Source: Eledone cirrhosa (lineage: Eukaryota). From it: a stretch of 64,000 nt of DNA. The position numbers and the translations under genes are program-made. Below the pieces are notes generated by a model. That model saw only the letters and a program-made list of their open reading frames with translations. It searched no databases and had not been told where the DNA came from. Within the stretch, counting starts at the first letter, position 1. Each line of letters begins with the position of its first letter. Positions 41,801 to 56,800 of this stretch are shown here, piece after piece. The DNA is taken from contig OZ024741.1 of the NCBI GenBank assembly GCA_964016885.1, positions 414,098,001-414,162,000 of the forward strand, written 5' to 3'.

Positions 41801-44800
41801 TATTTCTAATGTAAGACACTGTCTATGTTGTTTAACCCTTCCATTACCATATTTCTAATGTAAGACACTGTCTATGTTGTTTAACCCTTTCACTACCATA
41901 TTTCTAATGTAAGACACTGTCTATGTTGTTTAATCCTTCCATTACCATATTTCTAATGTAACACACTGTCTATGTTGTTTAATCCTTTCATTACAATATT
42001 TCTAATGTAAGACACTGTCTATGTTGTTTAACCCTTTCATTACCATATTTCTAATGTAAGACACTGTCTATGTTGTTTAATCCTTCCATTACCATATTTC
42101 TAATGTAAGACACTGTCTATGTTGTTTAACCCTTTCATTACCATATTTCTAATGTAAGACACTGTCTATGTTGTTTAACCCTTTCACTACCATATTTCTA
42201 ATGTAAGACACTGTCTATGTTGTTTAACCATTTCATTACCATGTTTCTAATGTAAGATACTATCTATGTTGTTTAACCCTTCCATTACCATATTTCTAAT
42301 GTAAGACACTGTCTATGTTGTTTAACCCTTTCATTACCATATTTCTAATGTAAGACACTGCCTATGTTGTTTAATCCTTTCATTACCATATTTCTAATGT
42401 AAGACACTATCTATGTTGTTTAGCCCTTTTATTACCATATTTCTAATGTAAGACACTGTCTATGTTGTTTAACGCTTTCACTACCATATTTCTAATGTAA
42501 GACACTGTCTATGTTGTTTAACCATTTCATTACCATATTTCTAATGTAAGACACTGTCTATGTTGTTTAACCCTTCCATTACCATATTTCTAACGTAAGA
42601 CACTGTGTATATTGTTTAACCCTTTCATTACCATATTTCTAATGTAAGACACTGTCTATGTTGTTTAACCATTTCATTACCATATTTTTAATGTAAGACA
42701 CTGTCTATCTTGTTTAACCCTTTCACTACCATATTTCTAATGTAAGACAGTATCTATGTTGTTTAACCCTTTCATTACCATATTTCTAATGTAAGACACT
42801 GTCTATGTTGTTTAACCCTTTCACTACCACATTTCTAATGTAAGACACTGTCTATGTTGTTTAACACTTTCATTACCATATTTCTAATGTAAGAGACTGT
42901 CTATGTTGTTTAACCCTTTCATTACCATATTTCTAATGTAAGACACTGTCTATGTTGTTTAATCCTTCCATTACCATATTTCTAATGTAAGACACTGTCT
43001 ATATTGTTTAACCCTTTCATTACCATATTTCTAATGTAAGACACTGTCTATGTTGTTTAATCCTTCCATTACCATATTTCTAATGTAAGAGACTGTCTAT
43101 ATTGTTTAACCCTTTCATTACCATATTTCTAATGTAAGACACTGTCTATGTTGTTTAACCCTTTCATTACCATATTTCTAATGTAAGACACTATCTATGT
43201 TGTTTAACCCTTCCATTACCATATTTCTAATGTAAGACACTGTCTATATTGTTTAACCCTTTCATTACCATATTTCTAATGTAAGACACTGTCTATGTTG
43301 TTTAACCCTTTCATTACCATATTTCTAATGTAAGACACTATCTATGTTGTTTAACCCTTTCATTACCATATTTCTAATGTAAGACACTATCTATGTTGTT
43401 TAACCCTTTCATTACCATATTTCTAATGTAAGACACTGTCTATGTTGTTTAACCCTTTCACTACCATATTTCTAATGTAAGACACTGTCTATGTTGTTTA
43501 ACCCTTCCACTACCATATTTCTAATGTAAGACACTATCTATGTTGTTTAACCCTTTCATTACCATATTTCTAATGTAAGACACTGTCTATGTTGTTTAAC
43601 CCATTCACTACCATATTTCTAATGTAAGACACTGTCTATGTTGTTTAATCCTTTCATTACCATATTTCTAATGTAAGACACTGTCTATGATGTTTAACCC
43701 TTTCATTACCATATTTCTAATGTAAGACACTGTCTATGTTGTTTAACCCTTTCATTACCATATTTCTAATGTAAGACACTGTCTATGTTGTTTAACCCTT
43801 CCATTACCATATTTCTAATGTAAGACACTGTCTATGTTGTTTAACCCTTCCATTACCATATTTCTAATGTAAGACACTGTCTATGTTGTTTAACCCTTTC
43901 ACTACCATATTTCTAATGTAAGACACTGTCTATGTTGTTTAATCCTTTCATGACAATATTTCTAATGTAAGACACTGTCTATGTTGTTTAACCCTTCCAT
44001 TACCATATTTCTAATGTAAGACACTGTCTATGTTGTTTAACCCTTTCATTACCATATTTCTAATGTAAGACACTGTCTATGTTGTTTAACCCTTTCATTA
44101 CCATATTTCTAATGTAAGACACTGTCTATGTTGTTTAACCCTTTCATTACCATATTACTAATGTAAGACACTGTCTATGTTGTTTAACCCTTCCATTACC
44201 ATATTTCTAATGTAAGACACTATCTATGTTGTTTAACCCTTTTATTACCATATTTCTAATGTAAGACACTGTCTATGTTGTTTAACCCTTTCACTAGCAT
44301 ATTTTTAATGTAAGACACTGTCTATATTGTTTAACCCTTTCATTACCATATTTCTAATGTAAGACACTATCTATGTTGTTTAACTCTTTCATTACCATAT
44401 TTCTAACGTAAGACACTGTCTATATTGTTTAACCCTTTCATTACCATATTTCTAATGTAAGACACTGTCTATGTTGTTTAACCCTTTCACTACCATATTT
44501 CTAATGTAAGACACTGTCTATGTTGTTTAATCCTTCCATTACCATATTTCTAATGTAAGACACTGTCTATGTTGTTTAACCCTTCCATTACCATATTTCT
44601 AATGTAAGACACTGTCTATGTTGTTTAACCCTTTCACTACCATATTTCTAATGTAAGACACTGTCTATGTTGTTTAATCCTTCCATTACCATATTTCTAA
44701 TGTAACACACTGTCTATGTTGTTTAATCCTTTCATTACAATATTTCTAATGTAAGACACTGTCTATGTTGTTTAACCCTTTCATTACCATATTTCTAATG

Positions 44801-47800
44801 TAAGACACTGTCTATGTTGTTTAACCCTTTCATTACCATATTACTAATGTAAGACACTGTCTATGTTGTTTAACCCTTCCATTACCATATTTCTAATGTA
44901 AGACACTATCTATGTTGTTTAACCCTTTTATTACCATATTTCTAATGTAAGACACTGTCTATGTTGTTTAACCCTTTCACTAGCATATTTTTAATGTAAG
45001 ACACTGTCTATATTGTTTAACCCTTTCATTACCATATTTCTAATGTAAGACACTATCTATGTTGTTTAACTCTTTCATTACCATATTTCTAACGTAAGAC
45101 ACTGTCTATATTGTTTAACCCTTTCATTACCATATTTCTAATGTAAGACACTGTCTATGTTGTTTAACCCTTTCACTACCATATTTCTAATGTAAGACAC
45201 TGTCTATGTTGTTTAATCCTTCCATTACCATATTTCTAATGTAAGACACTGTCTATGTTGTTTAACCCTTCCATTACCATATTTCTAATGTAAGACACTG
45301 TCTATGTTGTTTAACCCTTTCACTACCATATTTCTAATGTAAGACACTGTCTATGTTGTTTAATCCTTCCATTACCATATTTCTAATGTAACACACTGTC
45401 TATGTTGTTTAATCCTTTCATTACAATATTTCTAATGTAAGACACTGTCTATGTTGTTTAACCCTTTCATTACCATATTTCTAATGTAAGACACTGTCTA
45501 TGTTGTTTAATCCTTCCATTACCATATTTCTAATGTAAGACACTGTCTATGTTGTTTAACCCTTTCATTACCATATTTCTAATGTAAGACACTGTCTATG
45601 TTGTTTAACCCTTTCACTACCATATTTCTAATGTAAGACACTGTCTATGTTGTTTAACCATTTCATTACCATGTTTCTAATGTAAGATACTATCTATGTT
45701 GTTTAACCCTTCCATTACCATATTTCTAATGTAAGACACTGTCTATGTTGTTTAACCCTTTCATTACCATATTTCTAATGTAAGACACTGCCTATGTTGT
45801 TTAATCCTTTCATTACCATATTTCTAATGTAAGACACTATCTATGTTGTTTAGCCCTTTCATTACCATATTTCTAATGTAAGACACTGTCTATGTTGTTT
45901 AACGCTTTCACTACCATATTTCTAATGTAAGACACTGTCTATGTTGTTTAACCATTTCATTACCATATTTCTAATGTAAGACACTGTCTATGTTGTTTAA
46001 CCCTTCCATTACCATATTTCTAACGTAAGACACTGTGTATATTGTTTAACCCTTTCATTACCATATTTCTAATGTAAGACACTGTCTATGTTGTTTAACC
46101 ATTTCATTACCATATTTTTAATGTAAGACACTGTCTATCTTGTTTAACCCTTTCACTACCATATTTCTAATGTAAGACAGTATCTATGTTGTTTAACCCT
46201 TTCATTACCATATTTCTAATGTAAGACACTGTCTATGTTGTTTAACCCTTTCACTACCACATTTCTAATGTAAGACACTGTCTATGTTGTTTAACACTTT
46301 CATTACCATATTTCTAATGTAAGAGACTGTCTATGTTGTTTAACCCTTTCATTACCATATTTCTAATGTAAGACACTGTCTATGTTGTTTAATCCTTCCA
46401 TTACCATATTTCTAATGTAAGACACTGTCTATATTGTTTAACCCTTTCATTACCATATTTCTAATGTAAGACACTGTCTATGTTGTTTAATCCTTCCATT
46501 ACCATATTTCTAATGTAAGAGACTGTCTATATTGTTTAACCCTTTCATTACCATATTTCTAATGTAAGACACTGTCTATGTTGTTTAACCCTTTCATTAC
46601 CATATTTCTAATGTAAGACACTATCTATGTTGTTTAACCCTTCCATTACCATATTTCTAATGTAAGACACTGTCTATATTGTTTAACCCTTTCATTACCA
46701 TATTTCTAATGTAAGACACTGTCTATGTTGTTTAACCCTTTCATTACCATATTTCTAATGTAAGACACTATCTATGTTGTTTAACCCTTTCATTACCATA
46801 TTTCTAATGTAAGACACTATCTATGTTGTTTAACCCTTTCATTACCATATTTCTAATGTAAGACACTGTCTATGTTGTTTAACCCTTTCACTACCATATT
46901 TCTAATGTAAGACACTGTCTATGTTGTTTAACCCTTCCACTACCATATTTCTAATGTAAGACACTATCTATGTTGTTTAACCCTTTCATTACCATATTTC
47001 TAATGTAAGACACTGTCTATGTTGTTTAACCCATTCACTACCATATTTCTAATGTAAGACACTGTCTATGTTGTTTAATCCTTTCATTACCATATTTCTA
47101 ATGTAAGACACTGTCTATGATGTTTAACCCTTTCATTACCATATTTCTAATGTAAGACACTGTCTATGTTGTTTAACCCTTTCATTACCATATTTCTAAT
47201 GTAAGACACTGTCTATGTTGTTTAACCCTTCCATTACCATATTTCTAATGTAAGACACTGTCTATGTTGTTTAACCCTTCCATTACCATATTTCTAATGT
47301 AAGACACTGTCTATGTTGTTTAACCCTTTCACTACCATATTTCTAATGTAAGACACTGTCTATGTTGTTTAATCCTTTCATGACAATATTTCTAATGTAA
47401 GACACTGTCTATGTTGTTTAACCCTTCCATTACCATATTTCTAATGTAAGACACTGTCTATGTTGTTTAACCCTTTCATTACCATATTTCTAATGTAAGA
47501 CACTGTCTATGTTGTTTAACCCTTTCATTACCATATTTCTAATGTAAGACACTGTCTATGTTGTTTAACCCTTTCATTACCATATTTCTAATGTAAGACA
47601 CTGTCTATGTTGTTTAACCCTTTCATTACCATATTACTAATGTAAGACACTGTCTATGTTGTTTAACCCTTCCATTACCATATTTCTAATGTAAGACACT
47701 ATCTATGTTGTTTAACCCTTTTATTACCATATTTCTAATGTAAGACACTGTCTATGTTGTTTAACCCTTTCACTAGCATATTTTTAATGTAAGACACTGT

Positions 47801-50800
47801 CTATATTGTTTAACCCTTTCATTACCATATTTCTAATGTAAGACACTATCTATGTTGTTTAACTCTTTCATTACCATATTTCTAACGTAAGACACTGTCT
47901 ATATTGTTTAACCCTTTCATTACCATATTTCTAATGTAAGACACTGTCTATGTTGTTTAACCCTTTCACTACCATATTTCTAATGTAAGACACTGTCTAT
48001 GTTGTTTAATCCTTCCATTACCATATTTCTAATGTAAGACACTGTCTATGTTGTTTAACCCTTCCATTACCATATTTCTAATGTAAGACACTGTCTATGT
48101 TGTTTAACCCTTTCACTACCATATTTCTAATGTAAGACACTGTCTATGTTGTTTAATCCTTCCATTACCATATTTCTAATGTAACACACTGTCTATGTTG
48201 TTTAATCCTTTCATTACAATATTTCTAATGTAAGACACTGTCTATGTTGTTTAATCCTTCCATTACCATATTTCTAATGTAAGACACTGTCTATGTTGTT
48301 TAACGCTTTCATTACCATATTTCTAATGTAAGACACTGTCTATGTTGTTTAACCATTTCATTACCATATTTCTAATGTAAGACACTGTCTATGTTGTTTA
48401 ACCCTTCCATTACCATATTTCTAACGTAAGACACTGTGTATATTGTTTAACCCTTTCATTACCATATTTCTAATGTAAGACACTGTCTATGTTGTTTAAC
48501 CATTTCATTACCATATTTTTAATGTAAGACACTGTCTATCTTGTTTAACCCTTTCACTACCATATTTCTAATGTAAGACAGTATCTATGTTGTTTAACCC
48601 TTCCATTACCATATTTCTAATGTAAGACACTGTCTATATTGTTTAACCCTTTCATTACCATATTTCTAATGTAAGACACTGTCTATGTTGTTTAACCCTT
48701 TCATTACCATATTTCTAATGTAAGACACTATCTATGTTGTTTAACCCTTTCATTACCATATTTCTAATGTAAGACACTGTCTATGTTGTGTAACCCTTCC
48801 ATTACCATATTTCTAATGTAAGACACTGTCTATGTTGTTTAACCATTTCATTACCATATTTCTAATGTAAGACACTGTCTATGTTGTGTAACCCTTCCAT
48901 TACCATATTTCTAATGTAAGACACTGTCTATATTGTTTAACCCTTTCATTACCATATTTCTAATGTAAGACACTGTCTATGTTGTTTAACCCTTTCATTA
49001 CCATATTTCTAATGTAAGACACTATCTATGTTGTTTAACCCTTTCATTACCATATTTCTAATGTAAGACAGTATCTATGTTGTTTAACCCTTTCATTACC
49101 ATATTTCTAATGTAAGACACTGTCTATGTTGTTTAACCCTTTCACTACCACATTTCTAATGTAAGACACTGTCTATGTTGTTTAATCCTTTCATTACCAT
49201 ATTTCTAATGTAAGACACTATCTATGTTGTTTAGCCCTTTCATTACCATATTTCTAATGTAAGACACTGTCTATGTTGTTTAACGCTTTCACTACCATAT
49301 TTCTAATGTAAGACACTGTCTATGTTGTTTAACCATTTCATTACCATATTTCTAATGTAAGACACTGTCTATGTTGTTTAACCCTTCCATTACCATATTT
49401 CTAACGTAAGACACTGTGTATATTGTTTAACCCTTTCATTACCATATTTCTAATGTAAGACACTGTCTATGTTGTTTAACCCTTTCATTACCGTATTTCT
49501 AATGTAAGACACTGTCTATGTTGTTTAACCATTTCATTACCATATTTCTAATGTAAGACACTGTCTATGTTGTTTAACACTTTCATTACCATATTTCTAA
49601 TGTAAGACACTGTCTATGTTGTTTAATCCTTCCATTACCATATTTCTAATGTAAGAGACTGTCTATATTGTTTAACCCTTTCATTACCATATTTCTAATG
49701 TAAGACACTGTCTATGTTGTTTAACCCTTTCATTACCATATTTCTAATGTAAGACACTATCTATGTTGTTTAACCCTTCCATTACCATATTTCTAATGTA
49801 AGACACTGTCTATATTGTTTAACCCTTTCATTACCATATTTCTAATGTAAGACACTGTCTATGTTGTTTAACCCTTTCATTACCATATTTCTAATGTAAG
49901 ACACTATCTATGTTGTTTAACCCTTTCATTACCATATTTCTAATGTAAGACACTATCTATGTTGTTTAACCCTTTCATTACCATATTTCTAATGTAAGAC
50001 ACTATCTATGTTGTTTAGCCCTTTCATTACCATATTTCTAATGTAAGACACTGTCTATGTTGTTTAACGCTTTCACTACCATATTTCTAATGTAAGACAC
50101 TGTCTATGTTGTTTAACCCTTTCATTACCATATTTCTAATGTAAGACACTATCTATGTTGTTTAACCCTTTCATTACCATATTTCTAATGTAAGACACTA
50201 TCTATGTTGTTTAGCCCTTTCATTACCATATTTCTAATGTAAGACACTGTCTATGTTGTTTAACGCTTTCACTACCATATTTCTAATGTAAGACACTGTC
50301 TATGTTGTTTAACCATTTCATTACCATATTTCTAATGTAAGACACTGTCTATGTTGTTTAACCCTTCCATTACCATATTTCTAACGTAAGACACTGTGTA
50401 TATTGTTTAACCCTTTCATTACCATATTTCTAATGTAAGACACTGTCTATGTTGTTTAACCATTTCATTACCATATTTTTAATGTAAGACACTGTCTATC
50501 TTGTTTAACCCTTTCACTACCATATTTCTAATGTAAGACAGTATCTATGTTGTTTAACCCTTTAATTACCATATTTCTAATGTAAGACACTGTCTATGTT
50601 GTTTAACCCTTTCACTACCACATTTCTAATGTAAGACACTGTCTATGTTGTTTAACACTTTCATTACCATATTTCTAATGTAAGAGACTGTCTATGTTGT
50701 TTAACCCTTTCATTACCATATTTCTAATGTAAGACACTGTCTATGTTGTTTAATCCTTCCATTACCATATTTCTAATGTAAGACACTCTCTATATTGTTT

Positions 50801-53800
50801 AACCCTTTCATTACCATATTTCTAATGTAAGACACTGTCTATGTTGTTTAACCCTTTCATTACCGTATTTCTAATGTAAGACACTGTCTATGTTGTTTAA
50901 CCATTTCATTACCATATTTCTAATGTAAGACACTGTCTATGTTGTTTAACACTTTCATTACCATATTTCTAATGTAAGACACTGTCTATGTTGTTTAATC
51001 CTTCTATTACCATATTTCTAATGTAAGAGACTGTCTATATTGTTTAACCCTTTCATTACCATATTTCTAATGTAAGACACTGTCTATGTTGTTTAACCCT
51101 TTCATTACCATATTTCTAATGTAAGACACTATCTATGTTGTTTAACCCTTCTATTACCATATTTCTAATGTAAGACACTGTCTATATTGTTTAACCCTTT
51201 CATTACCATATTTCTAATGTAAGACACTGTCTATGTTGTTTAACCCTTTCATTACCATATTTCTAATGTAAGACACTATCTATGTTGTTTAACCCTTTCA
51301 TTACCATATTTCTAATGTAAGACACTATCTATGTTGTTTAGCCCTTTCATTACCATATTTCTAATGTAAGACACTGTCTATGTTGTTTAACGCTTTCACT
51401 ACCATATTTCTAATGTAAGACACTGTCTATGTTGTTTAACCATTTCATTACCATATTTCTAATGTAAGACACTGTCTATGTTGTTTAACCCTTCCATTAC
51501 CATATTTCTAACGTAAGACACTGTGTATATTGTTTAACGCTTTCATTACCATATTTCTAATGTAAGACACTGTCTATGTTGTTTAACCATTTCATTACCA
51601 TATTTTTAATGTAAGACACTGTCTATCTTGTTTAACCCTTTCACTACCATATTTCTAATGTAAGACAGTATCTATGTTGTTTAACCCTTTAATTACCATA
51701 TTTCTAATGTAAGACACTGTCTATGTTGTTTAACCCTTTCACTACCACATTTCTAATGTAAGACACTGTCTATGTTGTTTAACACTTTCATTACCATATT
51801 TCTAATGTAAGAGACTGTCTATGTTGTTTAACCCTTTCATTACCATATTTCTAATGTAAGACACTGTCTATGTTGTTTAATCCTTCCATTACCATATTTC
51901 TAATGTAAGACACTCTCTATATTGTTTAACCCTTTCATTACCATATTTCTAATGTAAGACACTGTCTATGTTGTTTAACCCTTTCATTACCGTATTTCTA
52001 ATGTAAGACACTGTCTATGTTGTTTAACCATTTCATTACCATATTTCTAATGTAAGACACTGTCTATGTTGTTTAACACTTTCATTACCATATTTCTAAT
52101 GTAAGACACTGTCTATGTTGTTTAATCCTTCCATTACCATATTTCTAATGTAAGAGACTGTCTATATTGTTTAACCCTTTCATTACCATATTTCTAATGT
52201 AAGACACTGTCTATGTTGTTTAACCCTTTCATTACCATATTTCTAATGTAAGACACTATCTATGTTGTTTAACCCTTCTATTACCATATTTCTAATGTAA
52301 GACACTGTCTATATTGTTTAACCCTTTCATTACCATATTTCTAATGTAAGACACTGTCTATGTTGTTTAACCCTTTCATTACCATATTTCTAATGTAAGA
52401 CACTATCTATGTTGTTTAACCCTTTCATTACCATATTTCTAATGTAAGACACTATCTATGTTGTTTAACCCTTTCATTACCATATTTCTAATGTAAGACA
52501 CTGTCTATGTTGTTTAACCCTTTCACTACCATATTTCTAATGTAAGACACTGTCTATGTTGTTTAACCCTTCCACTACCATATTTCTAATGTAAGACACT
52601 ATCTATGTTGTTTAACCCTTTCATTACCATATTTCTAATGTAAGACACTGTCTATGTTGTTTAACCCATTCACTACCATATTTCTAATGTAAGACACTGT
52701 CTATGTTGTTTAATCCTTTCATTAAAATATTTCTAATGTAAGACACTGTCTATGTTGTTTAACCCTTTCATTACCATATTTCTAATGTAAGACACTGTCT
52801 ATGTTGTTTAATCCTTCCATTACCATATTTCTAATGTAAGACACTGTCTATGTTGTTTAACCCTTTCACTACCATATTTCTAATGTAAGACACTGTCTAT
52901 ATTGTTTAATCCTTTCATTACAATATTTCTAATGTAAGACACTGTCTATGTTGTTTAACCCTTCCATTACCATATTTCTAATATAAGACACTGTCTATGT
53001 TGTTTAACCCTTACATTACCATATTTCTAATGTAAGACACTGTCTATGTTGTTTAACCCTTTCACTACCATATTTCTAATGTAAGACACTGTCTATGTTG
53101 TTTAACCCTTCCATTACCATATTTCTAATGTAAGACACTGTCTATGTTGTTTAATCCTTCCATTACCATATTTCTAATGTAAGAGACTGTCTATATTGTT
53201 TAACCCTTTCATTACCATATTTCTAATGTAAGACACTATCTATGTTGTTTAACCCTTCCATTACCATATTTCTAATGTAAGACACTGTCTATATTGTTTA
53301 ACCCTTTCATTACCATATTTCTAATGTAAGACACTGTCTATGTTGTTAAACCTTTCACTACCATATTTCTAATGTAAGACACTGTCTATGTTGTTTAATC
53401 CTTCCATTACCATATTTCTAATGTAAGACACTGTCTATGTTGTTTAACCCTTCCATTACCATATTTCTAATGTAAGACACTGTCTATGTTGTTTAACCCT
53501 TTCACTACCATATTTCTAATGTAAGACACTGTCTATGTTGTTTAATCCTTCCATTACCATATTTCTAATGTAACACACTGTCTATGTTGTTTAATCCTTT
53601 CATTACAATATTTCTAATGTAAGACACTGTCTATGTTGTTTAACCCTTTCATTACCATATTTCTAATGTAAGACACTGTCTATGTTGTTTAATCCTTCCA
53701 TTACCATATTTCTAATGTAAGACACTGTCTATGTTGTTTAACCCTTTCATTACCATATTTCTAATGTAAGACACTGTCTATGTTGTTTAACCCTTTCACT

Positions 53801-56800
53801 ACCATATTTCTAATGTAAGACACTGTCTATGTTGTTTAACCATTTCATTACCATGTTTCTAATGTAAGATACTATCTATGTTGTTTAACCCTTCCATTAC
53901 CATATTTCTAATGTAAGACACTGTCTATGTTGTTTAACCCTTTCATTACCATATTTCTAATGTAAGACACTGCCTATGTTGTTTAATCCTTTCATTACCA
54001 TATTTCTAATGTAAGACACTATCTATGTTGTTTAGCCCTTTCATTACCATATTTCTAATGTAAGACACTGTCTATGTTGTTTAACGCTTTCACTACCATA
54101 TTTCTAATGTAAGACACTGTCTATGTTGTTTAACCATTTCATTACCATATTTCTAATGTAAGACACTGTCTATGTTGTTTAACCCTTCCATTACCATATT
54201 TCTAACGTAAGACACTGTGTATATTGTTTAACCCTTTCATTACCATATTTCTAATGTAAGACACTGTCTATGTTGTTTAACCATTTCATTACCATATTTT
54301 TAATGTAAGACACTGTCTATCTTGTTTAACCCTTTCACTACCATATTTCTAATGTAAGACAGTATCTATGTTGTTTAACCCTTTCATTACCATATTTCTA
54401 ATGTAAGACACTGTCTATGTTGTTTAACCCTTTCACTACCACATTTCTAATGTAAGACACTGTCTATGTTGTTTAACACTTTCATTACCATATTTCTAAT
54501 GTAAGAGACTGTCTATGTTGTTTAACCCTTTCATTACCATATTTCTAATGTAAGACACTGTCTATGTTGTTTAATCCTTCCATTACCATATTTCTAATGT
54601 AAGACACTCTCTATATTGTTTAACCCTTTCATTACCATATTTCTAATGTAAGACACTGTCTATGTTGTTTAACCCTTTCATTACCGTATTTCTAATGTAA
54701 GACACTGTCTATGTTGTTTAACCATTTCATTACCATATTTCTAATGTAAGACACTGTCTATGTTGTTTAACACTTTCATTACCATATTTCTAATGTAAGA
54801 CACTGTCTATGTTGTTTAATCCTTCCATTACCATATTTCTAATGTAAGAGACTGTCTATATTGTTTAACCCTTTCATTACCATATTTCTAATGTAAGACA
54901 CTGTCTATGTTGTTTAACCCTTTCATTACCATATTTCTAATGTAAGACACTATCTATGTTGTTTAACCCTTCCATTACCATATTTCTAATGTAAGACACT
55001 GTCTATATTGTTTAACCCTTTCATTACCATATTTCTAATGTAAGACACTGTCTATGTTGTTTAACCCTTTCATTACCATATTTCTAATGTAAGACACTAT
55101 CTATGTTGTTTAACCCTTTCATTACCATATTTCTAATGTAAGACACTGCCTATGTTGTTTAATCCTTTCATTACCATATTTCTAATGTAAGACACTATCT
55201 ATGTTGTTTAGCCCTTTCATTACCATATTTCTAATGTAAGACACTGTCTATGTTGTTTAACGCTTTCACTACCATATTTCTAATGTAAGACACTGTCTAT
55301 GTTGTTTAACCATTTCATTACCATATTTCTAATGTAAGACACTGTCTATGTTGTTTAACCCTTCCATTACCATATTTCTAACGTAAGACACTGTGTATAT
55401 TGTTTAACCCTTTCATTACCATATTTCTAATGTAAGACACTGTCTATGTTGTTTAACCCTTTCATTACCGTATTTCTAATGTAAGACACTGTCTATGTTG
55501 TTTAACCATTTCATTACCATATTTCTAATGTAAGACACTGTCTATGTTGTTTAACACTTTCATTACCATATTTCTAATGTAAGACACTGTCTATGTTGTT
55601 TAATCCTTCCATTACCATATTTCTAATGTAAGAGACTGTCTATATTGTTTAACCCTTTCATTACCATATTTCTAATGTAAGACACTGTCTATGTTGTTTA
55701 ACCCTTTCATTACCATATTTCTAATGTAAGACACTATCTATGTTGTTTAACCCTTCCATTACCATATTTCTAATGTAAGACACTGTCTATATTGTTTAAC
55801 CCTTTCATTACCATATTTCTAATGTAAGACACTGTCTATGTTGTTTAACCCTTTCATTACCATATTTCTAATGTAAGACACTATCTATGTTGTTTAACCC
55901 TTTCATTACTATATTTCTAATGTAAGACACTGCCTATGTTGTTTAATCCTTTCATTACCATATTTCTAATGTAAGACACTATCTATGTTGTTTAGCCCTT
56001 TCATTACCATATTTCTAATGTAAGACACTGTCTATGTTGTTTAACGCTTTCACTACCATATTTCTAATGTAAGACACTGTCTATGTTGTTTAACCATTTC
56101 ATTACCATATTTCTAATGTAAGACACTGTCTATGTTGTTTAACCCTTCCATTACCATATTTCTAACGTAAGACACTGTGTATATTGTTTAACCCTTTCAT
56201 TACCATATTTCTAATGTAAGACACTGTCTATGTTGTTTAACCATTTCATTACCATATTTTTAATGTAAGACACTGTCTATCTTGTTTAACCCTTTCACTA
56301 CCATATTTCTAATGTAAGACAGTATCTATGTTGTTTAACCCTTTCATTACCATATTTCTAATGTAAGACACTGTCTATGTTGTTTAACCCTTTCACTACC
56401 ACATTTCTAATGTAAGACACTGTCTATGTTGTTTAACACTTTCATTACCATATTTCTAATGTAAGAGACTGTCTATGTTGTTTAACCCTTTCATTACCAT
56501 ATTTCTAATGTAAGACACTGTCTATGTTGTTTAATCCTTCCATTACCATATTTCTAATGTAAGACACTCTCTATATTGTTTAACCCTTTCATTACCATAT
56601 TTCTAATGTAAGACACTGTCTATGTTGTTTAACCCTTTCATTACCGTATTTCTAATGTAAGACACTGTCTATGTTGTTTAACCATTTCATTACCATATTT
56701 CTAATGTAAGACACTATCTATGTTGTTTAACCCTTACATTACCATATTTCTAATGTAAGACACTGTCTATGTTGTTTAACACTTTCATTACCATATTTCT